The notes under the pieces were generated by a model. That model had not been told where the DNA came from. It saw only the letters and a list, made by a program, of their open reading frames with translations, and searched no databases. 64,000 nucleotides of DNA from Haplodiscus bocki (taxonomy: Eukaryota), in NCBI GenBank assembly GCA_965655095.1, contig OZ296650.1:35154001-35218000 (forward strand), given 5' to 3'. The translations under genes and the position numbers were made by a program. How positions within the stretch are numbered: position 1 is the first letter of the stretch; each line of letters begins with the position of its first letter. Positions 1-14,459 of the stretch are shown here, piece after piece.

Positions 1-1905
1 GTTTTGTTTTGAACCGTTTGCAAAAGTTGATCAAAATATTTGTAGTTGGGCGAAAAACATGCCGGCGCTAGCCGGCCCTCTTGTTTACGATGATTTCACA
101 TTTTTCGCAACAACTAGGATGCTTTTATGGCAACTTTAAACTCGAAAATTGAGCATCAACACGTCACTGATATGCCATTCCTCACTGACAGTTGCTACAG
201 GCCAGAGTGCGGACGTCGAATAAAACTTCCTCTTTAGTTTTGAAACTGAAATGGATTGTGGGTAAAGATAATTGTTTTACCAAGATTGAAGTTTCCCTGA
301 TATAGGTCTAACACAATCATGAAAAATGTTGCAAGTACGAAATCAGGTATGGTAAAAAGCATTGAGCCTGCTAACCCATACGTTACCTTTAGTTTGTTTT
401 TTTTCAGAATCAAAACAGCAAATTTTTGGTTCCCTTTTTGAATATTGGTTAGACCTGGATTTCTGCCGCCCAAAAACATCCAAATGGAAACACAACACCG
501 TTTCTAATCAAACAATTCAGTATTGCAGGGCCATCTTCACTCTTGATTGGTACCAGAACATTTGAATTGTCGGTAAACCTTACCGTTCATTCGGTGTCAA
601 GAGTTTCAACTCTTTCGTCACCTCAGTCAATTTCTCCGATGACCAATTCACGAAAAACTTTTTTTAAGACATCAAGATTTTTGGTTTTAATAATACTTTT
701 CAAATCTGCCCCGACAAGCCGCGAATTTGTTTGTTCTGATGATTGGATGCTTTACACTCTATTTAAAAAACAAATACTTTTCTTTGAAAAGTCTTGAACA
801 CCTTGAAATAAAGTTCTCGAACTAAAATATCGTTCTGTTAAAGATCTTTCGGGGGTCTGTAAAGCCTCATAGACAGTTTCCATTGTGCTCACACGTCTCA
901 AAGTGAAATGAAAACTTCCTCAACTTGATCGTCCAACGTTGAAAAAATGTGTTGTCCATTTGATGTTAGCTTTTGCGAAACGTATTGACTTTGGCTGCCC
1001 AAACAATACTATTGGCTTGCTTTTCAAAGCAACAGGAGACCAATGTTGTCTTTGTAAACTTCCGTCAAACCACAATGTGCTAAAGATCAAAGTACCTAAA
1101 ACGGAAGGTTTAACACCAGTATCAAATAAGCCTTCTGCCTTTTACGGAGCATCTGAACAGTCAAAGGGTTACAGCACACTCGAATCGTCTGTCTAGTTTA
1201 TTGTTCTTTCAGTATTTGCAGGAGTTTTAAGTTCTAGCTAACTGAATTTTTTTCACGATAATCAGGTCAGGGAAGAACTTTTGTAGTACAACAAAAATGC
1301 CCATTGTGCCAGCTCTGCCGACGTTCAAGACTTTATTCTCATTCCCAGCTGGAAGATAGAGGTTGTTGTGATAGGAAAATAGCTTTTCCTGGTTTTTAGT
1401 TGTCTTTTTGTTCTTTCAATCTTCGAAAATGTCCTTCTGGACTGAAGTCAATGTACGCAACGGATGCGATTGTTGTTTCCCAGTAAACCAGGCAAAAGTA
1501 ACCGATACACAATTGGGTTCTCTCCCTGAGTTTATCAATGTAAGTTGAACAACCAGCGTACACTCAGTTTCTGTAATTTAATTGATGCCACAGAGTGATG
1601 ACGAATCAATGGCGTCACCTATCGATGGTTGTGAAGCACTACCTGATCTATTTGTGGCAGAACGGTTTCAACCGAGCTACTAGGCAGTTCGAAATCGAAA
1701 AAGATTTATCAATGACGTTCATTGAAAGACAAAAGTTCATGCTTTCGCGGACGAACATTACAGATGTGGGACAAGGAAAATAGTACTATTTCTGCTGGAG
1801 TTGTTAGCAGTGGCAAACCAGGCGTAGATGCACTCTGGCTGAGCGTAGTTGGTTTGTTTGGATGATTTGGAATAGGTGTTCGAGGCGTATTTTTTTCCGT
1901 AGAAA

Positions 1906-2105
1906 NNNNNNNNNNNNNNNNNNNNNNNNNNNNNNNNNNNNNNNNNNNNNNNNNNNNNNNNNNNNNNNNNNNNNNNNNNNNNNNNNNNNNNNNNNNNNNN
2001 NNNNNNNNNNNNNNNNNNNNNNNNNNNNNNNNNNNNNNNNNNNNNNNNNNNNNNNNNNNNNNNNNNNNNNNNNNNNNNNNNNNNNNNNNNNNNNNNNNNN
2101 NNNNN
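1906..2105. other. Assembly gap (200 N)
   Basis: Run of exactly 200 N; a round fixed size is typical of a scaffolding join of unknown length. Confidence 0.98.
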
Positions 2106-2156
2106 CTTTTGTCCAGAAAACGTTCAATTCCTTCAAGTAGTTCTCAATGCAATGCC

Positions 2157-5100
2157 AACTACTGGTACAATAATACCGTTTGAAAAAACGGTGGTATCAT
2201 TCTTAGCGTCAAAATCCTTAAAGTCTAAAAGTTCCGAACAGAGCTATTAAAGTTTATTTGTTTTAATATTAAAACGCAATTAGCTCTTTAACTACAAGCT
2301 TGATTTTTTTCCATCACAGTCTCAATCGGAAACTTCACATGTTTACATTTGTAAAGGAGCGTTTGAAAAAAAAAAACATTTGTTTCTATGCTCGTTTTAA
2401 ATTCCTGATAGACCGAAAATTTGAAAGAAGCCTTCAAAGATTGACTAATCTTGATTTTCAAGCCTAATTTACGCTGGAAACAAAGCTTTACTTCTTCCAT
2501 CGTGGTCTCTTGTGACAACATAACAACTGCAGGCATGGATTCGATTGAAACTTAACTGAATTTGATTGATTTTTCAATCAGAATTTTTTTATTCACAAAA
2601 CTGCAAGTGAGTCTTTTGATAATAATTTACATCAATCCTCGATTTAATTTTTTGCGGTAAAAATGGTGGCAAGATTTTTCCCTCAAGATCTCAATCGAAA
2701 AACCGTGCGCTCCTACAAGAGTTTTCCAATGAAACATCAACGTTTTTGATCCTTGCTTCTTAACTCTGATGGTCAAAAAATTCCAGAAAAAGCTACTTTT
2801 ATTGGCTTCCCTCGATATCCAAACTATTGTTTCTCAATTACTACAGGTTCATTATTTTTATCAAGGTCTGAATTGAAAGTTGTACGATGTAGAGGAGGAA
2901 TATTTTGAAAATTTTTCAATCCGATCTTTACGTTAGTAACCCAAAAGTCAGTGTTTTCCAAGGAGTGCTTTTAAATTTCTCATTTCTCGGTTTTCGAAAT
3001 CATGCTTCTCCCTAACAAGAAGTTGGATTTTTCCAACAAGGTCTTCATGGTATAACTTATACCTGAATAACCTAAATTGCTAGGATGGCTTTTTTTGAAC
3101 TCATTTCGAGTTTAAATTTTTTGTCTCTCCAAATTTACTCAGTGCCTACTACCTTGAATGTTTGAAGCTTTTACTTCCTACTTCTGTTCAATTTTTTCAC
3201 GAAAAACTTTGTTTTCCTGGCACTCCAACTTCGATTCACCAGAGTTCCTAATTTTATTTTATTTTGACATGCTTTCTCTACTCAAACTCAAACTTTTTCA
3301 CCTGTACTTGTTTCTTTTTTCGATGAAGTTGTCAATCGATAGCTGCTCATTTGAGCGGGCTGTTAGTTTTTACATGTCAGGGAATTTTTTTCAAATAATC
3401 GAATTTGGAATTTTGATTGGCCTATAGTAAAGAAGGTCTATTAGTTTGGAGATATCTCAATGCTGCACATCATACTTCTTGAAAACTACAGCTTTGAATT
3501 GTTCCATCAAGAAATGAATTGAAGTATTTTTACTTTGCGATGTTACATAACTAGTAAGTTGATCAATTTCTTGTTTTGTTTCCTTTATTGGAAGTTTGCA
3601 AGATTAAGAATTTCGAGAAAGTCCAAATAATTTTCTCTGTTTGTCATTTTTGATCTCAAAATTCTCTAAAGCTACTGATTACAGGCTCGAATTCTTCCGA
3701 CGATAGTTTCTGTCAATAATGGGCTTCTTTATGAAAGTTTTTTGTTATGTTCTGGACCTATCTTTTTCGCGCCCCCTTGACGGAAATTACGGCAGTGCGA
3801 CTGCGCCCCTTTTTTTTATTTTCATCAACTCTGTGGTACATGAGGAAATTGGAGTTATTGACAAACGTGATTTTCGCCTGGTATTTTCAGCAATACACCT
3901 TTGGATTTTGAAGGCGAGAAAAAAATCACCACGGATGCTACAGCCAGTTGAAGTTGCAGGTGAATCCGTACAGTGTATGCACTGAAGAATTAAGGGGGTC
4001 GGAACATTATTACAGGTGAAACCTAGAGGTGTTTAATTTACTAGAGAAACTTTCGAAATCGGTGAACTACTGGTACAATAATACCGTTTGAAAAAACGGT
4101 GGTATCATTCTTAGCGTCAAAATCCTTAAAGTCTAAAAGTTCCGAACAGAGCTATTAAAGTTTATTTGTTTTAATATTAAAACGCAATTAGCTCTTTAAC
4201 TACAAGCTTGATTTTTTTCCATCACAGTCTCAATCGGAAACTTCACATGTTTACATTTGTAAAGGAGCGTTTGAAAAAAAAACATTTGTTTCTATGCTCG
4301 TTTTAAATTCCTGATAGACCGAAAATTTGAAAGAAGCCTTCAAAGATTGACTAATCTTGATTTTCAAGCCTAATTTACGCTGGAAACAAAGCTTTACTTC
4401 TTCCATCGTGGTCTCTTGTGACAACATAACAACTGCAGGCATGGATTCGATTGAAACTTAACTGAATTTGATTGATTTTTCAATCAGAATTTTTTTATTC
4501 ACAAAACTGCAAGTGAGTCTTTTGATAATAATTTACATCAATCCTCGATTTAATTTTTTGCGGTAAAAATGGTGGCAAGATTTTTCCCTCAAGATCTCAA
4601 TCGAAAAACCGTGCGCTCCTACAAGAGTTTTCCAATGAAACATCAACGTTTTTGATCCTTGCTTCTTAACTCTGATGGTCAAAAAATTCCAGAAAAAGCT
4701 ACTTTTATTGGCTTCCCTCGATATCCAAACTATTGTTTCTCAATTACTACAGGTTCATTTTTTTTATCAAGGTCTGAATTGAAAGTTGTACGATGTAGAG
4801 GAGGAATATTTTGAAAATTTTTCAATCCGATCTTTACGTTAGTAACCCAAAAGTCAGTGTTTTCCAAGGAGTGCTTTTAAATTTCTCATTTCTCGGTTTT
4901 CGAAATCATGCTTCTCCCTAACAAGAAGTTGGATTTTTCCAACAAGGTCTTCATGGTATAACTTATACCTGAATAACCTAAATTGCTAGGATGGCTTTTT
5001 TTGAACTCATTTCGAGTTTAAATTTTTTGTCTCTCCAAATTTACTCAGTGCCTACTACCTTGAATGTTTGAAGCTTTTACTTCCTACTTCTGTTCAATTT

Positions 5101-5970
5101 TTTCACTAAAAACTTTGTTTTCCTGGCACTCCAACTTCGATTCACCAGAGTTCCTAATTTTATTTTATTTTGACATGCTTTCTCTACTCAAACTCAAACT
5201 TTTTCACCTGTACTTGTTTCTTTTTTCGATCAAGTTGTCAATCGATAGCTGCTCATTTGAGCGGGCTGTTAGTTTTTACATGTCAGGGAATTTTTTTCAA
5301 ATAATCGAATTTGGAATTTTGATTGGCCTATAGTAAAGAAGGTCTATTAGTTTGGAGATATCTCAATGCTGCACATCATACTTCTTGAAAACTACAGCTT
5401 TGAATTGTTCCATCAAGAAATGAATTGAAGTATTTTTACTTTGCGATGTTACATAACTAGTAAGTTGATCAATTTCTTGTTTTGTTTCCTTTATTGGAAG
5501 TTTGCAAGATTAAGAATTTCGAGAAAGTCCAAATAATTTTCTCTGTTTGTCATTTTTGATCTCAAAATTCTCTAAAGCTACTGATTACAGGCTCGAATTC
5601 TTCCGACGATAGTTTCTGTCAATAATGGGCTTCTTTATGAAAGTTTTTTGTTATGTTCTGGACCTATCTTTTTCGCGCCCCCTTGACAGAAATTACGGCA
5701 GTGCGACTGCGCCCCTTTTTTTTATTTTCATCAACTCTGTGGTACATGAGGAAATTGGAGTTATTGACAAACGTGATTTTCGCCTGGTATTTTCAGCAAT
5801 ACACCTTTGGATTTTGAAGGCGAGAAAAAAATCACCACGGATGCTACAGCCAGTTGAAGTTGCAGGTGAATCCGTACAGTGTATGCACTGAAGAATTAAG
5901 GGGGTCGGAACATTATTACAGGTGAAACCTAGAGGTGTTTAATTTACTAGAGAAACTTTCGAAATCGGTG
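2157..5970. repeat. Near-identical direct tandem duplication (2157-4064 and 4065-5970)
   Basis: Both copies start AACTACTGGTACAATAATACCG and end GAAATCGGTG. ORF pairs are offset by 1906 nt (3158/5064, 3719/5625). I found about 4 substitutions and one 2-nt poly-A indel. Confidence 0.97.
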
Positions 5971-8900
5971 AATGAAATTTTCTTGTCGTGGTATGTTTTG
6001 GAATTCCTGTTCAACACTTTGAACTTTAGCACCTGGTGTTCTTCTACCATAAAGATTTCATTAAACTGCTCAATCGGTACTCCCAAGATCGTTTCAGTTT
6101 CTAATAGACGTTAGGCGCGGTCAGTTTCGAAGTGAAAACAATCGCTTCACATCTAGTCACCTAGAGTCCTCATTCAGTTTTTGGATTTCCATCTGTTTTT
6201 GTAAATTCGCTCATCCCTTTTTTAATGTTACTGCATCAACCAATTCCTCAAGATCACTTCTCGTTCGTTTTTTTCTTTGGCTTTAGAACCTACACAATAC
6301 GAGGTCGGAGCAGTTGCTAGGTCTCAGTTTCATACTTTTCCAATGTTCCAAACTGTTCAGGACTGATAAACGTCATCTCTGGTGACTCTTTTGCGCTCTA
6401 TTATTCCGAATGTCCACGAAATAACGTAGGTTGTAAGCCAGAAATTGATGCTACTCTGAGACATTGGTTTCCAATGGAAGATAGCGTCTTGATCGCGGAT
6501 GAGATCGAGTTTTTCCTTGTTTCCGTCGGCGTCTTCAATCCCCGGACGCAACTGTCTTTTATGGAAGCAAAAACAAAAGGGTGATTTTTTGTTAGGTAAG
6601 TTTTTGAATGTTTCAAAAAGACCTGGAGAAAAGCTCGAAAGCTTCCGCTTCAATTATCCGACATTTTTTGTGGGCGGACATCGACCGTCTGGAAGAACAT
6701 TCGCACTTTCTCAATTTCTGGATCTCCTGCTATAACGTCAAACGTTTTTTTCCAAGTGAGGTTCCATTGTTATGTCTTTGGATTCATCGAATCGACTCGA
6801 TACGGAAACTGATGCCAGATTTCGTTGGATCTGGTGAGCAGAGAACCAATCAGTCAGCCAGAAGTTTGGGAAGAATTTTTTGAAGAGTACCTATTGTTCT
6901 TTCATGTTGGTGCTCACACAATCAGAATTTCCAATTGTTGCAATCAAAAGTACCCTTGGCAAACATTATCAATCTGTTGAAGTGAGTTTTTAACTACTTG
7001 AAAGACAAAAACCCAAAGTTCAAGTATTCGAGGCAAAATCGATGTTTTCCGCACGGGCCAAAATTCGCAAGATTTGGCTTTCTGAGCAATTGAAGCCTCA
7101 AAGAATTGCACAAGTTATGGCAGTTCCGCGTTCAAAACTAACATAAACAGAGAAACAAAATTCGAAAACCGCGGAAAGCAGAGTAGACTGGAAACTAAAT
7201 GCGAACAAAAACCCAGGCGAAAAACCTCATTTCAAAGTCTTCCCAATCTTCTCCGGGATTACCCAGCCGACTTCCACAAACTGCAAAAAATGAGTAACCA
7301 TCGAGTTTTTCTTAACATCACGAACAAGACAAGAAGTTTTTTTATGGTGATCAGATGAATTTCGCTGTTTTTGATCTCGAAGAATTCTTTTAGCATTTCT
7401 CAATATCACATATATGTAACATGGACCAAGTCAGATTCTTCAACTGGCACTAAGTTCCATGGGCTCCTTCTTGTGAAAAATTCAGAGAACAAAATTGGGC
7501 TTCTGTGTGAAGAGGTATTGCTATCGTGCAGTCAGTTGAAGTTGATGCTGCAAGTAGTCACAGAGCTCTCGTTCCAGAATACAATGTCAGCCGACCTCGG
7601 GCAATATTTGAAATCATCTGCCATTGTCGAAGAACCATATGCTGTCAGAAGTTCTGAAACTTGGAAATAAATGAAAAACTGCTCTTGAGCAGGAAATTAT
7701 ATCTTCAGATGCTCTTTGTTTGAGTGACCTCCTCGCCAGGAAAAACCTTCGGAGAAAAAATTTCAGGTGGATTTATCAGTATCCCGACCCCTCAATAAAA
7801 CGTAAAAGTGTTAGCCGCAGTACTAGGAGAAATTGAATTAATCGTTCTGAAATCGAGGATTCGACAGTCGTTGTATAGCCTAGAGCTATTGTATGGCATG
7901 TCCTTTTGCAAGGCGAAGCAAACGGGTTGAAATAACTATGGAATTAGTTTAGTGGCAGCAACTTTGAGCTTACAGGTTGTTGGAAACTCAAACAAAAGCA
8001 CCTTTTCACCATTTACTAGAGTAAGCCACTTTCTATAACTTAGTTTGTGGCATATTGGACCTATCAAACTGAGGCTGAAGTGCTGGATGAACGTCTCGTG
8101 TACATATTTTTAGAAAAAACTGAAATGGTTCAATCCTGTTGTTTGATTCCGCAAAAGCGCTAGCTCCTAATCAAAATTTAAAAGGAAATGGGAATCAATT
8201 GAAAGTGGTTCCCGCCTTTATTCCTCGAGTAAGTCTGAACAAAGTTTGAAGTCTGCCGCTGCTAAACTTCGAACAACCTGCCGTAAATCTTGATGGGGAG
8301 GACAACAGCACTGAATGATTCACAGGCCGAAATCTCAACGGGAAAGACAATGGGTGGTCAAATTGCTGGTAGTCAGTTATCATCATTGGACTCGTCTAAA
8401 ATGCATCTAAATGTCTATCAACATTTTGTTTTTATGGTTCCTTTCCCAAACAGAACATTTTGAAACTGGTTTCAGCTCACTTGTACAGACCAGCTAAGTA
8501 GTTGCCAGAAATGATCAAAAACAGGATTTTCTCTGGGTTCACTTCGCACAAAAAAACGCATTCGGTCGATGAATTAAGCTGATAAGCCGTGTCAGCTCGG
8601 AAACATCTACTGGGCATCAGCATTTCCAAATCCTATTATGTTTGGTGGGTTTTGGATCCTTTTCAGCACAAAAAAGCAATCTTTGTGGTTACTGGGATTT
8701 ATATTCAGACTTTTGACATTACAGTCTGATCAAATCAAGTCAACATTAAACGAAAATTGTCTTACTGTTAGAAACGGGCACTGTGCAAAGAAACCAAACA
8801 ATTTACTCAGATTTTTAGTGAGCTAAACTCACTGATACTGTTTTTCATCTGATCAATTCGGCAAGACAATGGACCCCAGCTTCAAAAACTTTTATGTGAG

Positions 8901-9588
8901 TGTAAATAAAAAGCATTATTTATATCAATTCAATTTTCAGGTCAGTTTCTTACAGACTCCTTAGACATATTTCTTCGGTCCGATGGAGTTGGGAAGATTA
9001 TGAATGCTGAACCGCTTAAGCACTTTAGTTCAGAAGTCATATCTGTTGAACAGCACCACTCAAGTTTAACGCGTATTTTGCAAACTGAAATTTTTAGGGT
9101 GAAAAAAATTGTTAGTTCCATAAAACAACTCTGAAGAGTTTAGATAATCAACTTGAAACCATTCGATCGTTAAGCATTAGGATGAGTCTGGAACACTGAC
9201 AGTTTGATGCCAGACTTGCTCTAAGAGTGGGGATTGCTTTCTGATTCAAGAACGTTTTGTTGCAGGACGCTTCAGGCTTTTTTTCCTGGAAGGAAAAAAG
9301 TCGAATGTTCTCGGTATGACCAGGTAAGACCCAACTGAAAAACTTTTTCTGAAGTAGAAATCATCAAGGTAAATGCATCTGTCGCAGCAATTCTGCGAAT
9401 CCTGCGGGCAAATGCGGCCAATGGAGAAGATATCCCAGGTCCTTCCACAAAGTCGATTGAGACTCAATAAACATTGAACTTTCTAAATATTATTGCTTCC
9501 ATGTAAATGATACGTAGCGTCCACGTATTGTTACTTATAATTGTTCTCATGAAAATGGAACGTATTGTATATGTGCAGTTCTGGAGTA

Positions 9589-10354
9589 CTGATCCAGATT
9601 CGGACGGAAACGCTACGGAAAAAACGGATAATCACCTATTTTCCTAATTGCATATTTATGTTAATGAAAGGTGCTATATTTATTATGAATTTATGTACTT
9701 ATTAACATAAGACTAAAAAATGCATGATCCATAAACAGAAATTACTAAATATTTCCTTAATCAAGAAAAAAAATAAAAATGCAAAAAACATGTCTCTAAT
9801 ATAAAAGTAGTAATGTTAAATGGTATACAAAATATAGTTATTGATAAAACGAAAATAATGATCACCCTTGCGCACACTTCCTTGGTAATTCTGGTAGCTC
9901 GTAAGTCTTATTCTTTAGATATGAGGAAAAACTAGTAGCACTACTCCCCATTCATACGAGTAGCGAATAGGGTTTTCCGGATAATTCAGTATTCACTAGT
10001 AATGGTAGTGGTCTGTGCTGAAGTGAGTAGTGAATCCAGACTCACTCCGTATTCACCATAGCACTGCAGCACGGCATAGTCAATACAGTGGAAATATCGT
10101 CACCAAACTAATTGTGACGGAACATATACGGAACAAATTTTCAATCCGAGAGTCAATACATTTTAAATCAGTCAAGCTGCTTATCTATTTGCAAACTAAT
10201 TTATACTGCACATGTTTCAATCAATCAATAGATTTCTTTCAAAAAAAGTGGAGTTGTATTTAATATTCAATTGAATATACAATAGCACCTTTCAGATGTA
10301 ATCCTCTATGAATAATTGTTTGTTCCGTAGCGTTTCCGTCCTAGTCCGGATCAG
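9589..10354. mobile_element. MITE-like non-coding element bounded by inverted repeats
   Basis: 9589-9625 CTGATCCAGATTCGGACGGAAACGCTACGGAAAAAC pairs with the reverse complement of 10318-10354 (33/37 match). An inner inverted match TGAAAGGTGCTAT lies at ~9665 / ~10282-10294. The interior is very AT-rich. True termini and TSD are not resolved. Confidence 0.65.
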
Positions 10355-13300
10355 ATTGGTTCCGTATAAATACGTACCAACATATATGTACATTTGTTAT
10401 GGAGACGTATAAGATACGTATCCGTATATTTGTACAAAAGTTGTAAATATGTATGATAGTTGTAGTTTAGAGTTTGAATCAAAGTGATTAATTTTTGAGT
10501 TTATTCGGAGCATTGGAATGTCTTTTGTGCTGGTAGGGGATGACTGCAGCTTTGCAGATCTGCTGCGACACATTTCTTGAGTTTTTTGCAGGAAAATATG
10601 GAAAAACATGCATTACCATCATCTTCAACGTTTTGTTTTTCATCAGTGGCATTTGTCTGATTGGTTGGGTCAAATATGGCCAGTGCAAGATAACTGGCAT
10701 TTTATTACCGCGAATTCATTCGGTAGGCCACATTAGGTTGTTGCTAGTCTTCAATGTAAGATTGCAGAAAGTCTAACAACAATGAATGAATGTAGTGTTT
10801 GTGATGTCCAACTTAAAACAGATTGAGCTTCTTAGGCCGTTCGGCTACTTGGAGCGATTTTTGGAGTAAGAGTTGAGTGATCAAGACTCTCTTAGTTTCA
10901 CAGGCACGCTGACATGTTTCATTTCGTAGTACTACATGTATATTCAGAGTGAGGGAAAAGTTTTTGAGTAGTTTGCATTCCTTCATTCTAACTGATCAAA
11001 CCTGTTCCTTTGTATCTTCAATCCGGTTTTTTTGTGGTGCATGGCTTTTCAGCATCCATGGCACCACCAAAAACAGAAAATATATTAGATCAATATCTGA
11101 AATGATTTCTCCGAGAATTTTCAAGAGAAGCATTGATCTTCCGTCCGGAACAAGCGTATAATTCTCTGAAAGCTTCAACAGATAGTGTTATTCGACTGCT
11201 CACAAAATAAAGAAGTGTGTCCGAAAGAGCTAAGTTAGTTTTAAGAAGGTAGCCGGAGTCAATTAGAGCTGCTTCCGCCTTTTTGGAGTTAATTCACGAG
11301 TGAGTGGGAAAAAGTTTCCCGCGATGCAAATCAGTTGAACAAGGCTGTCAGAGGCTAGACCCAGAATAAGGCGCCTTCTAGTGTTTTGAATGAGTGTAAC
11401 GCTTCTGCTGATGACATACTCATTCCCTGGATGACTTCAGTGTAGCTCTGTATCAGATGAGGTCCGAAACACAGTACTCGATTGATTCGTCTTGCGTGCA
11501 ACGTCCAGGCAGATGCAAGTGCCAGATACCGTCTCTACCCCTCCGATTCTGTTTTCGAAAAAATTGGAGAGCAGCTGCTTCCTGGAAAAGCTATCAAATA
11601 TTCTAGTAAAAAGGCTTGCTCTCCAGTTAGTTGATGTTGATGGTTGGTTCTTTAAGAGGGCGTGAAGGTTGGGCAGGCCAATGTTATCAAGGTCTTTTGT
11701 CATACGTCAAAATATTAATGTTGTCGTATCGTTGGGGCATTTAGGAGTGCTTGTGAGATTCTTGCAAATGCATTTTCCCGAGCTTCAACTGTTCGCTGAA
11801 GTACACAAGTGCTTGGTCTCAAGCAGATTGATAGCTTCAGGTTTCCAATGCGATTCCATCAGGGTCAAGTTCAAGCTCGAAAAACATTCCCCCAGTTTTG
11901 GACGCTATGCGAGCTGGTAGTATCACGGCGTTTGGTTTTTAAAACATACGTTTTATGATAAAGTTATGATAGTTGAAGCCCTTTTTCGATTTTGGGAAGC
12001 ACTGTAGAAGAGTGAAAACGTGATTTGTGCATTAAAATGTCTGGCCTTTGTAACAAGTTTGCAAGAGAAATTGGGCTTATGTAAATTTTTCTTGAGAAAC
12101 TGTTATCAACTCCAGAGTTGGGACTAAAGTTGCTGATGAAGTTTATAGTTATTCTCATGAACGTTTTCGGCTAAACTTTTCAAGAAATTTTTTTAGTCGA
12201 TGGAGAACAATCTTACGCAACTATATGTTGCTCGGTACTGGCAATCAGTAAAATCGTTTTCGGTGGTACACCTAGATAGGACTGTTGACTTGCTTTGGAT
12301 CAGATTTCTATGAACGCAGCGGGAAAACTCATTTAGAAAACATGGTTTTCCAAGATGAAAAGGTCTTTTTTGGAAGGGAATAATGGTCTGAGGAAACAGG
12401 CAATCAACAAGGATGTCAGCAGCGAACAAACTTCAGCTTGAGGAAAAATATGAATATCAAGCACGGTTGCTATCAAAATCTCATTGTCATCAATTTTCGC
12501 AGTTTTGCTTAGTTACATGTAATTTTGTTCGATTCTCGCAATCCAATATTGAACCGGCAGAAACAGTTGTAAACTCAATTCGAAGAGTTGCATTTTTGTA
12601 CTTTTGGAGCTAATTAGAGGTGTTGTTCAACCAGCGGCTCCACTTTGTCTCACATGGTGCTCCATTTTCAGCTTGAACTGGTTCAACTGAACTCGTCGAG
12701 CTCCTAAAGCCAATGCCCAGCTGCTTTAGCAAAACACGATTTTCCTACATTTCTCTGAATAGTTGCCACAACTGACTTTTTTAAAACTGGAGCATGAAAT
12801 CATGATTGAAAACCACTTTGACAGTTGAAGCTGCGTTCTGGTGAAAGGTTGACTGGTCTAGCTGAAGCGAAAGTTACGTTGTATTTGTGGAGTAATTTGG
12901 AAAATATTGGGGGATGGAAAAACAACTGGCCTTCTTACCAAGCCGGCAGTCGTTTCCGTGAGTATTCGTGCGTTCAAATGTAAGGACTGACGGGGAGACG
13001 AAGTCGTTGTCGGATGTTAGCGTGACATACTCGAAGTATCCCTTGCTTTTTTTCTGCTATGCACGGTGCGTCATTTAAAGTACAGTCTTCTTTCTTCGAA
13101 AACCATCTTTCGAAACGATGATTGATTCTGAGGTGTAGTAACTAATGTATGGAGATGAAATTGTACATTGGGGAGAAGGAAAGTTTTTTCGTGAATTTGG
13201 TAAGAATCAGGGCGTACAGGATATCTTATGGAAGTTTAGGTTCTAATTGCACATGTGCAGTCTACAATTACCATGTCTTTGATCTGCAGTAGGAATTTTA

Positions 13301-14459
13301 AAGAGCATGGTCTAATAGCGCTGTTTGATGCTGGGTATAAGTATCAAAATCAATTGATTGGTTCTTGTGTACTATTTGGAGGTTTTTTTCAATGACGATA
13401 CTTTTGCAGTGTTCGAGTTATTCAATGGCAATGGCACGGTCATTAACTGTTTTGTACACTGCCAAATTCGATACTCGTTTGAGTCGTTACTCAGGTTGCT
13501 GCAAAAAGCCTTCCCTCAAAATGGTTATAACTGAGACAACAACTTAATCCCTTTGAGCTGGTTCCAACGCAACTGATGAGTACGAGCAAAACGCAAATCA
13601 CCACTGTTAAGAAGTAATGGCATCTCCAAAACATCAAAGCCACTAAAAGTCAGAACTCCTGTCATTCAAGCTAGTTGGCTAAGTGAAACCAGATATTTGA
13701 AGGAAAATTCTACGAGAGGTTTGGCGTTTGCTTTACCAATTTTTTGATGTCTCTGCCAAAAACACTCCAGAAGTTTTTCAATGTTTTTGTCAAAAGGAAT
13801 GTTAGAAACTTTTTTCGAAGGTCCCATTGCAACAGCCTCAGTTCTAACGCGGGTTACAGAGACCAGGTTCCTCCAACCTCTTGCAACAAACTTGACCAAG
13901 GTTTATACGCCAACCAGTAAAAGTTCTTCGTATTTCGGTCGGAGTCAGCCGGGCCGAAAGTATAAAACATCGCAAGAACGCCACGAGCAGAATTGCTTAC
14001 AAAGCTTTCCTCTAGCGTTATGCCAATTCCGAAGGGAAACATTATGAGTCTTGTATGTATGAAAGGATGATGTCACGAGAGGCAGAAAGTTGCTAAGATT
14101 TTGCTTAAAATCTTGGTATTGTCTTTCCAAGATTTGTAATATCCGATCAAAAGCATATTTCTTGTTCAAAAACGGTCAATGTGTCCGAACCATCAATTCA
14201 TTTTTCAAAAATTGTGTCATTTCGTGTCGGATTTATGTTTTCAAAACCCTGTCCCTGGTTGCATAAAGGTACTTGGTGGCTGTTGTTACAAACAATTTTA
14301 CCTAAATTGTTCCTATCTTCTTGATCAGTCAACGTACACCTACTTTAACAATAACGAAATTTGGAAAAAATGTAAAAAAAAGTTCTATCATCTTTAATGT
14401 TGCAACTCAATTCGACTCGAATAGAATGATAAATAAGAAAGAGCAAATAGTTGCATGTT

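Noticed and set aside
1804-2140. ORFs spanning the N run
   Set aside because: Artefacts of translating the gap.
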